Assembly: GCF_009914755.1 (NCBI RefSeq)
Contig: NC_060933.1
DNA length: 64,000 nt
Source: the human T2T-CHM13v2.0 reference genome, Homo sapiens
Strand: one strand, 5' to 3'
Both the position numbers and the translations under genes were made by a program. The notes under the pieces were generated by a model. That model was not told the DNA's origin and ran no database searches. It worked only from the letters and a program-made list of their open reading frames with translations. Position 1 is the first letter of the stretch, and every line of letters begins with the position of its first letter. Below, piece after piece: positions 33,711-44,626 of this stretch.

Positions 33711-35680
33711 GCGATTGCGATGCTCTGTCGGCTTCCTGTTTCTTGTTGTTTGGGGAACCTGCCATTTCTGTGTGGTTTCCCATTGTTGATCAATTCCTGG
33801 GTCTGAGCATAAGACCGGGGCAGCTGCAGCTGCCAGGAAGGACACAACATGCTGTGACTCTTTCTAGAGTTCTCCTGGCCCTGACCTTCCCAAAAATCAA
33901 GAGATGGGTAGAGGTAGGGGCACCACACATACAGATACAGAGATACTGATATTTCTGTATCCAGCACAGATACAGAGCAGAAACAGGAGCACTGAAGTGG
34001 AGAGCCAGAGCTTTCAAAGAAATTGAGGATGAGGTCATAAGGTCTCCAAGGCTGTCTGCTCTGTGTTGTCCCTCTCCTGTGCCATGCCCCAGGGCCAGTT
34101 TTAGACACTTCCCAGTTCCTCCTGAGCTAAAAGTAAGGAAACTCATTGGCTGTTTTCTCCTGGTCTGAGTGTTTCCTCCCCATTTTGACAAATTGCTTTA
34201 ATGTAATATGATAGGGTTGGGAAAGCTAAGATTGGAGATGCCATTTGGGGGACTATGGGATCCCCATTCCTCCCTTTTATCTGGTGAGAACAGAGTCAGT
34301 ACCTGTAGGTGAGACAGCATCTCTAGGCTGTGGATCAAAGGCCGATACTCTACCTCCAAAACCAGAGAGGGTCCCAAGTACAAGTCGTCTTTAACATTTT
34401 TTGAGCACTTACTATGCACTTGGCAGTGCTTTGCATAGAGTCACTAATCTTCACAATAATCCTATGAGATTTTTATTACAGGTGAGAAAAATGAGGAACA
34501 GAGAGTCCATGTTTCTCAAGGTTACACAACCACACAGGAAGTAGGGGAACCAGGCAGTTTGCCTTCAGAGGACATGTTCTTAGCCACTTTGTTGTGCTTC
34601 CTGTCAAAGCACATCTCAAAGGAACCACTGCTGTGTGAGCCAGCACCTCCCCTCCCCACCCTGGGAATAGACACAGACAGGTAACCAGGCCTGTATCCAT
34701 GGCACGGATTTCTTACCACTGCACAATTCACTCCATCCGCTCACCAGGCTCCCACACCTCTCCTCCCTGAATTCTTCCCATGGGGTCCACCAGACTGAGA
34801 GCAGATTAATGACATCCCACCAGCCCTTTGTCCTTGTCTCCAGGCTCAGTGAAGCTAAGCATTGGGACAGAAAAAGGGCATAAAAAGGCTGGGTGTCTGT
34901 GGGCCCGAATGAATAAGGTTTCCCTGCCCTCAGTTCAGCAGTCCTGGCTGGAACTTTAGACCCTCTGAGGACTGTTCCTCCCACCAACTGCCACTTGTTC
35001 CCAGGACTGGCCGGGGTCTTGGTTCTACACAAACCTCCACCCACCTTGTCCTGCTCTGGTTCAAATTCATTTCCTCTTTATCCCTGGGGAGAGTCATTCC
35101 TTAAGAGAATCAATGGCTGCTAAATTTGCTAAACATGGAGTAGTGCTCTCTCCCACCCCACCCTTTCTAAGGGTTGCTTGGAGGTTGACTTTGTTGAACC
35201 TCAGTTTCCTCGACTGTAAAATCTGTAGGACAGTCCCTGTCCTGTAAGCCTCCTGGGCTGGTTAATTGAGGAAAGAGTTTTGTATAAGAGGAGAGAGCTT
35301 TACAGATTGTAAGGCACTGAGTAAGTAGCAAGGATTTCTGCTCCATCTGAAGGCTGTGAGTGTATCATCTCCACACTCACACAGTCCCAGGCATAGCTGG
35401 GTCGGGGTGGGGTGGGTACTGTGATTGCCTCTGTCCAAAGTGCTGAAGTCATAGCCAAGCCAGCTGAGGACCTTCAGTCCCTCCTTGTCCCACCTTTGAG
35501 TAACCATCAAGTACAGAGATTTCCAAGCCCAAAGATTGTCCTAAAATTGAGAATGTATTGCCAACAAATTTATTTTATTTCAAGTATCTTTGTTTAAAAT
35601 GAATACAGCTCTCCATTCAAAATTATAACACGTACACATGAACAAGAGGTGATTTAGCAGCTCAGGGAGAAAAGAGCTTA

Positions 35681-36053
<373 letters not shown>

Positions 36054-36671
36054 CTGATGTAATCTGAGCCTATGTGGAAAGAAGTTCAGAGTCAGAGGAG
36101 GGAGGCAGGCCGGCTCATTCGTACCCTGCACCAGCTCTCCTGGAAAAAGCTAATCATAACTGGGCACCACAAACTGAAACCCATTCAGGGAAACATGATC
36201 TTAGTGAGTAGAATTGAGAAAGGCAGGGGATGAGTCCATGAAGGCATGGGTCCTGGAGAGAAGCAGATTTGAAGGATGCAGATGGTGATGTTTGGCAGAT
36301 GGACCAATGAGGTCAGTGTGGTCCCAAGGACAGGGCTAAGATGAAATGTGAACACTGTGGAGAGGCAGATTTCTGCTCAATAGGACCAAACATAACTGGT
36401 TACCAGGAAGGCAGTGGAGCTGTATTAAGCATGTGACAGAAATGCTGATTTGGGGGTGGGGTGACTTCAGTCCTCTTGAGACCTGAGATGCCAGTAAACA
36501 GTTAAGCACATTCTGTGCATACCCAGTGCTGAGCCCAGGTGAGCCAGAAGGAGAAGATTCATGACTGTAAGAACCCACATAACCCCAAAGTTTTGGTGTC
36601 AAAAACGAGAACTTTAATTTTTTTAGCTCACAGGTGGGCTCTTGGACGCTTGCCTCTAGAACCTGATGTTG

Positions 36672-36689
36672 CACGCCCTCTGCTGGTCA
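36672..36689 (-). promoter_or_regulatory. CTCF-like binding motif
   Basis: - strand TGACCAGCAGAGGGCGTG matches the CCASYAGRKGGCR core. Confidence 0.55.
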
Positions 36690-37239
36690 TCCCTAACATT
36701 GCTCTCTCATCCCAAGGCAAGAAATCACCCCTCTGAACCCTTTTGGTGCTGGTCAGCATAGGTTCAGAACACGCAGGGAGACGCCAGCGAATATCAGGGA
36801 GTCAGATCCCTGGTAGTGTTCAGTTAGTTCAGTATAGGATCAGAACTGAATCTGAAGATGAATTCAAGTATTTTGTATCAAAATTAGGGCTCAGCCATGT
36901 CTAGGAGGAGGGTTTGGGCAGAGGCTGGATTCGGGGAACTGTCTCTACCAGGACAATAACCAGGTTGTGTCTCAGGCTGAGGTCAAAGTTGGGACTCAGT
37001 GTGGGACCAAAGTCTGGGCCTGAGTGTCAGCATGAAGCATGTATCAGGTGAGATGCTCAGAGTCTGATCACAGGAGGGAGGCCATCTGCAGCCAAGGTGA
37101 TGGGTCAACGTGGCATTCCTACACCCAGGAGAAAGCATCAGGTAATGAGTACCCAGGCACTGGAGAACTCAAGAACAAACATGGAGACTGCCCAGGGGAG
37201 AGATATGAGGGACAGGGGACAGCAGGAGATAGTCACTCA

Positions 37240-37465
<226 letters not shown>

Positions 37466-38954
37466 AGGTAGTCACTAATTCGTAAGGCCCTCCCAACTTT
37501 AAGGATGGTGATGGGTAGGCCAAGTAGCCCCCTGTTCCTCAGTATTCTAGTATCCCAGTATTCTAGTTCTGGTTTCCTGTTAAAGCCCCCGCTCCTGCTC
37601 CCACACACACACTAGTACTACCACATACAACTCATAGGTACAACTGGGGGAGAGAAGTGGCCCAAGGGCCAGTTCTGTCACTGCAGGGAGGTGGCAGCTG
37701 TGAGGGTAGTCTTCCTTCCCCCCAGGATTCTCTGTTTCTACTGGCAACAGGGCCTGGCAGCCTCCCACACCCAGATCTTAGCAACCATGGGAACCCCTGG
37801 CAACCATTACCATGGTGACAAGACAGGGAACTGAAAACAGGCTGGGGGCACTTCCTCTGCAGCCTTCGGGATGTGAGCAGGATAGGGGCTCCCTTCCCTA
37901 TACAGTCTGGGAGGGAACATGTGCCTCTGTCTAAAACACCTCCTCACTGGCACCCACCCCCACCCCTGCCCACGGGTTCCGGTTCCCTCAGGGTGAGGAA
38001 ATGAGGGACACCTAGGGTTATGACGTCTCCAAGGGGAGGGAGGGTGAGTGGGGGCGTTTGGGACTGGCATGATCGCAGATGCGTGCATACGCTGGCAGAC
38101 ATGGTGTCAATGTGTCAGTGCCTATATACCTTATCCACTCTTTGTCATGTAGACACATGCCCGCACAGTCATTTACTCACACATGTACACTGACCCAAAA
38201 TCATATACCTACAACATATAACAGAATCAGGCACACCACCACACAAAAATAACTGCACAGATCCACTCACAAATCACATTACCAGTACCACACTACAAAT
38301 AACTCCCAGACTCACAGATTTATAGATGCACTCGCACTCCCAGCATCTGTGAACATGTAGAGTAATGGTTAACTTGGTTGAGTTAACCAAGTTAACCATT
38401 GGTTGGGTATAAACTACATGCCCAGCTCAGAACTAAGTGCACTACCTGTGTTACCTTAATTAACCCTCTCAACAACCCCCTGAGGCACCAATCCCCATTT
38501 ACAAAGGAGATGAGGCATGAGTGTGGCGTGTAAGCTCACAAGGTGCATAGACTCCAGACCACACTGTCACAGTCCATGCCACACTGAGCACTACACACAC
38601 GTGACACCCAGGACAATGGGACTGAGGGCGGGAACCGAGGACTAGGCAAACAGTGGAGTCTGTGCCACCAACACCTGAAGGCACAGTTCTGCACCCTCAA
38701 AGGTCCGAGCCTACACTTTAGCATTAGCAGGGGCCAGGTAAAGGCTGGTGACTAAACTCTCTGCCTCCGTGTTGGCACAGGCAAGGCTGGGGGAGGCAAA
38801 AGAGACAGAACTGGAATAGGAAGAAGTAGAGCCACCCACAGCCTGGGCCCCACAGGTGTGGAGGTGGAAGAGTGAGAGCCCCCAGATCTGAGGAGCCAGC
38901 AGCGGTGCAGGGCCCCTCACCCCACCTTACCCATCTCTGTGTCACACAGAGATG

Positions 38955-39400
38955 TCCATCCCTCCTCCCTCCCCTCCCCCTTCCTCACTCCTCCTCACCC
39001 CATCTCTGTGCCTCATCCTTTCATTACTCACCCCTTCTTTCCTCATCCCTCACCCTGCCTTCCTGCCCCTCCCCAGCCCTTCTTTCCTTATCCCCCACCC
39101 TGCCTTCCCTCCCCTCCCCAGCCCTCCTTTCCTCTGCCCTCCTTACTCCCACCCTATGGCTCATCTGCCCCATGCCCCTCCCCTCCTCATCCCCCTCACC
39201 CCATCTCACCATCCTCTCACCACCCCCTCTCCCTACCTCCCCCCCTCAACCCCATTTCCTCAAATTCCTCATGCTCATTTCCCCACATTCATCACCCATC
39301 TCTGCTCCCCTCCTGGCCCCCAACCCCACTTCCTTTCCATCCTCCTTTCACCCCAAGTCTCTTTCTTCCTTCACACCTCATGCCCCTTTACCCTTGGGAG
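38955..39400 (+). repeat. C/T-rich low-complexity tract
   Basis: About 450 nt with very few G on the + strand. Confidence 0.9.
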
Positions 39401-39679
39401 CCCCATAGTGACTCCTGGCATGAAGGTAGGTAGTGAAGAATCTACAGACATGACTCCAGGACCCTGGCACCCCCCCCCCGCCTTGCTCTGCTCTTGGCCC
39501 AGGTACTCAAGCTGCAGTTTCTAGCAAGACCTCATGGGTGTCCAAACTCTGTCTCTGGAAAATAGGAAAGAAAGAAGTAAAGGGGAGCTTCCGGCCTGAC
39601 CCTTCTATCATCATCAACCCCCCAGCACTCCCCTCCCCCACTTCACCCCCAAATTACTCCCTCCCCACCCCCGCTCCCT

Positions 39680-41480
39680 CGAGCACAGATGGGCCTGGGA
39701 GACAGTGACGTGGGCGCCAGGCACCGTGTCTGCTGGAGTGGCGGCTTCCGCTGGCGACCGCCTCCGCAGCCCCGCCTGCTCCCTGCATCGGGGACACTGG
39801 GGCTGAGATCTAATGACTTAATGGGGGGTGGGGGAGACTAGAGATTCTGAGGGTGTTAAGGAAGGGGATCTTGGGGAGTGAGATGAAAGATGAAAGGGGA
39901 GAGCTAGGATAGGAGATCGGGGTGTAAAGAAAGAACCAAGAATAAGACAAAAGGGATCACTGCGGGAAGGAAGACAGGAGATCATCTAGGGCCAAGAAGG
40001 AAAGGGCTAAAACACAGGCACTCCAGGGGGAAGCAGGATGAGAGACTGATTAGAAGAGGGACTGAAATGGAGACCGCGGGGTCGCTGAAGAGGGGCGCGA
40101 GGATGAGGGGCTGTACAGAGGGTGGGCGGGGGAGATTCCTGGAGGCACCGGCCTGGGCAGAGCCATCCGTTTCCCTCGGGGGAGAGGTCCGGGGGGCTCT
40201 GAAACCCGGCATCCGTGGGGTCTGTTAGAGATTCCGTTAGGTCACATCAGGCCACCGCGGGGTCAGGATAAGGTAAAGCTAAATGAGGTCAGCTTGAGGT
40301 GGTTACACCGTTGGCTGAAAGGCGAGTAAGAAGTGCTGACCTTTTGGCCCCGGTCCAGGGACTACACCTCCCAGAGTGCACTGTTCTCTCCCTCTTGCCC
40401 CCCAATGAAGAAAGGAAAGAATGCACGGCCGCACGGCCAACTGGTGGGTACAGTTTTCCTTTAAGGCTGCCTTTGACGTCGCAAGGGTTCCAGAAGGTTC
40501 TCCTGGGATTCGAGCAGTGGCCAGTACGTCCCACCTTCTCAACCCGGAGATTGGACTAATATAGTTTGCCCCCGGGCTCGGGTCTGAGTCTCAGGCACGA
40601 ACCAATAAAATCAAAGGGCGAGCGAGGTTGCCGCCCTCTGTCTTTTTCACCAATGGCACGACAAGATGGCAAAGAGGCGTGGTTGAGTGATCCCAGAGGG
40701 CGCCAATCAGATCCACACCAATCACTGCCTGGAATGTGTGCGCGTGTGGCCGGGTGACAGGGGCGGAGGATGGGCGGCTATCACCAAGCCGCTTGTTGAA
40801 AACTGCCCAATCACAGTGGAGGCTGAGCTGAGTGACAGGAAGACGGTTCAATGGGCGGCGCGGAGGCGGAGCCGTGGGGGCGGGCTCCCGGTCCCGCTAT
40901 CGGCGGCCGGCGGGCAGGCGACTCCTGTCCCGGGTGGAGGCGGCGGAGCCGGAGCCGGGGGAGGGGGCAGCGGCTGTCTCACGGACCACGGCGGCGCCCG
41001 CAGCTCCTCACCGGTGAGGGCGCCAAGCCAGGACTCGGGGGTCCCGGGAGCGGGGCGTCGTGAAGCCAGGGCTCCTGGTGTTGGGGGGTTGGGACACTGA
41101 GGGCCCGTAGGCTCTGCTGCCTTGGGGATGCGGGGCCCCGGGGTCTGCAGGGTGCTCGGAGTCCTAGACCAGGGCTTGGCTGTCACAGGGGGCAGCCAGC
41201 GTCTGAGTCGGGGAGGGGAGGGGAGGGGAGGGTCGAGTCGGACCGGACCAGATTGGGTTCTGTGGGGCGGAGGCATCTGTGAGCAGACCAGCCAGCCAGC
41301 GCGGGTGACATCACCGACCACCCTCCCCCGCCCGAGCCCCCTCCCCTCCTCTCCTCGCCGCGCCTTTTGTCCCGGCCGAGCTCCGCTCTGCCCCGCCCAT
41401 CTGCGAGGGAGGAGACTCCCGTCAGTGACTTCATTGAGTAGGTTCTTGGGGATTGGGGTCGGGTCCTCCCCAGTGAGAGG
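39680..41480. promoter_or_regulatory. DNAJB5: CpG island / DNAJB5 promoter with HSE, CRE-like site, CCAAT and GC boxes
   Basis: TGACGTC 40474-40480; gTTCcaGAAggTTCt 40487-40501; ATTGG 40550; CCAAT at 40602, 40650, 40703, 40718, 40807. Confidence 0.85.
40851..41013 (+). CDS. DNAJB5: DNAJB5 exon 1, coding only in a putative 462-aa isoform
   Basis: ATG 40851 (MGGAEAEPW..PQLLT); donor CCG|GTGAGG; joins in frame to acceptor CAG| at 41849/41850. Confidence 0.5.
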
Positions 41481-41812
41481 CGACAGGAGCTCACTGCCTC
41501 TCGGGCCCTCACAATCACACCTGTCACAGGTATACACGCTGCCACTCACAAACACACGCTTGCACTCCCAGCCTCACTGACACGCTGCCATACAGCCGCT
41601 CACAGCCAGCCAGACACTGCTGCACCTGAGAGCAGGTGGCCGCGGGTCTTCTCCCTTCACTCTCCACATTTGGGGATCAGGTCCGGCACCTGCTGCGCCA
41701 GACAGGCCTTGCTGGGCACGCGCCTCTGAGAGTCCAAGGAGGTGGCTTCCAGAGCTGCAGCACTTCAGGCCGGCTCCGGTGGAGCGATCAGAGGTGAGGG
41801 GCTTGGCTGGGC

Positions 41813-41994
41813 ATGTTTAAGCGCACAGTGCTCTCCTGCCCACCCCCAGCAGCACCCCCACTGCAGGCCCGAGGAGCTTTCCGGAGCTTCCCACACTCCT
41901 GGGGAGAAGACTTCTTAGCCAGCTTGATGTTTAAAATTCAGCTGGAGCCCTTAAAACTTCGAGCGTGGACGCTGAATGGGTTTGTAAAGTTTCG
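41813..41994 (+). CDS. DNAJB5: DNAJB5 alternative exon, N-terminal extension of the 420-aa isoform
   Basis: GGCATG; MFKRTVLSC..GFVKF; strong donor TCG|GTAAGT; CG+A joins in frame to the exon at 44382. Confidence 0.7.
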
Positions 41995-44381
41995 GTAAGT
42001 CCCTCCGGAGAAGGGCACTCACACCCATACCCAGTCAAACCCTCCACGCGGCCATCCCCTCCATTGCCTTCCTGCTTCCTCCAACTCATCCTCATCCCCT
42101 CTGTGACATACAGGAACCCCCCTCCGGCCTCACCCACATATTTGAATGAATTGCACCCCTTATCATTCCTTTTCTCAAACCCTTCAGGTATCCATTTTCC
42201 ACAGACATTTCCTCCATTATTTCAACTCTCCACATTCCTCCCTTTCAACCCATCATTAACCCATTTTCCACCTCAGCCATTTCCATCTGTCACTCATCCC
42301 CCTCCATCAGTACCTCATTTTCTGTATCAGCCATCTCCCCTCCCTGTACCTCAACAGTCCCCCTCGCCATTTTCTCCCCATTTTTCCTTCCTGCCTCTAC
42401 CTTAACATCCTCCTCATTCTTCTCCATCAAAGGCAGTGCCATGCCATGGGGCTCCTTTGTCATTCCAACACGTGGCCTGTGGGTAGGGGGGAAGGGAAGG
42501 AGGGAGGAAAGCAGAAAGAGAAAAAGGAGGCAGATCCTGAAAGAGCTTGCCCTGTGTCTGCGGAGGCAAGAGATGTATGGGCCTAGAGCAGCTAGCAGGT
42601 GGGTACCAGGGAGGAAGCTGGCCGGGTGTGGAGGTAATGCAGGGACACCAAAAGGAGGTGGGTGGTTGGTGAGCCGTTCCACTGGCCCTCTGCCTGGAAG
42701 CTGCTCTCGTTCTCTAGGGGCACCCTCTTGGTGTGCTAGGGTTCTTTCCCAGTCCCAGGGGAAAGAAGGTGTGGGTTGAGGCAGAAATGGCAGACCACCC
42801 CCCCCCGCTCCCTCTCAGACGGCTTTTGCTGCCATTTCCGAAAACGGTTGCCCCCCCCCCCAACGAGGTGCTCTTTCTTCTCTGCCTCTCCCAACCCCAC
42901 CCCCCACCCCATCTCCCCCACAGACGTGACATGCTGGTGGGGGGCAATGGGGGAGTACCCGCCTTTGTGGAGCCTTTTCTTCGTCAGAGAAAGGTGACTC
43001 CCAGAACCATGAGTCAACCCAGCCACCTGCAGCAGGGCCTGTGGGGGCAGCAGTGAGGGCCATTGTCCCTGCCCACCTAGGGCCTTGGGCGCCTCCCCCT
43101 TACCCGGTTACAGGCCTCACTCCTGGAAGGACACCCTGTACACCTCCCTGCTGTGAAGCAGTCAGAGGCAGAAAGGCAGGTCTCAGCTGTGGCTGCCAGC
43201 CTAGGACATTGCTAGAAAGACTCTGGTTCTCCTGGCTTTGGCAGGGGTTGGCCAAGTCTCAGAAGGGCTGAGAATGGCTTCTGGCCATCCCCCAGAGAGC
43301 TCTAGCTACAGGAAAGTCCCCCTTCCCCTGATATCCACCACAGACACACCGATAGAGGGAGACTGGAATGGAAGAATTCGGGTTGTACGTTTCTCTTATA
43401 ACAAATGCTCCTGCACCCACCTTAAAAGGGACTCAGAGGAATATGGGTCTGATGATGGGCCGGATCCTAAACCACAGGGTGGACTGGGGGCGTAGGGTGA
43501 GGCTAGGAGAGGTATTAAGGAAATGGTGGTTGGTTAGTGCCCAATTGTCTCCTAACAGCTGGGGTTGAAAAAGTCCTGTCCCCAGGATGCTTTTGTTCAC
43601 TCACACTGGTGCTTAGGCGGCACAGCCCTCACAGTTTTGTGTGTAGACGCTGGCAAATGAGTAAAGGGAACTGTTGCCCTGGTTGGGGGAAGGATAGTGT
43701 CGCCCCCCCTGCTAATGAGGGAGTTGGAAACAGCAGTTTCCAAAGGCTGTGAGTCACCCTGTGATCTGAGTCACACGTGAGGCTTAGCATCGTCAGAGGG
43801 GTGGGGGCGGGGAGGCCTGGGGTCTCCGATGGCAGACAGGACTCCAGACACCCATTCCCTGACTCAGTCTGGCTGGCCAGGACAGCTGGCGGAAGACCCA
43901 GGCCTGTTCCCGGTCCTGGGCCACTGCCCCAGCTGCCCTCAGCCTGGGCACCATGCCTGAGGCGTGGCGTAGGAGACCACGATGCTCAGGTGACCTCACC
44001 CGTTACACTGACCTTCGCCAGCTCCTGTGTGTGGGTCGCTCAGTCCATGGTGCCACCTCGCTCAGCAGGGCCTCTCAGGGGTCCTCAGTCTGGCCCAAGG
44101 ACCAGGGCCTCAGCCTAGCCCCAAGAGTGGGCCACAACCTTCAGCTTCCTGCTGGGAAAACCCAGGAGGTGAGGACGGAATCACAGAATTCTAGAATGTC
44201 AGAGCCAGAAGAGATCATCTAGTCCAAACCTTTCATTTTACAGATGGGGGGACGCAGGCCCACAGAACAGGCATGACCTGCTGAAGGTTACCCAGGGAGT
44301 CATTTAGGGATTGCAAGATCATCAGGAACAGGGCTGGGGCAGAAGAGAAGGCATCAAGTCTTGGCCCTGGGTTTCTTTCAG

Positions 44382-44626
44382 AAACAAGGAGACCAGTGCT
44401 GGTCCAGTGGCTGTGATGGGAAAAGATTATTACAAGATTCTTGGGATCCCATCGGGGGCCAACGAGGATGAGATCAAGAAAGCCTACCGGAAGATGGCCT
44501 TGAAGTACCACCCAGACAAGAATAAAGAACCCAACGCTGAGGAGAAGTTTAAGGAGATTGCAGAGGCCTATGATGTGCTAAGTGACCCCAAGAAACGGGG
44601 CCTGTATGACCAGTATGGGGAGGAAG
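44382..44626 (+). CDS. DNAJB5: DNAJB5 J-domain exon (core ATG at 44416)
   Basis: TTTCAG|A; [39 protein letters not shown] with HPD motif; donor AAG|GTAAGA. Confidence 0.97.

Noticed and set aside
38872-39524. Three overlapping Pro/Ser/Leu-rich ORFs of 164-190 aa
   Set aside because: Artefact of the C/T low-complexity tract.
40703-40722. Possible ER-stress element
   Set aside because: CCAAT is not followed by N9-CCACG.
44311-44381. Upstream extension of the J-domain ORF
   Set aside because: TTG start in intronic sequence before the TTTCAG acceptor.
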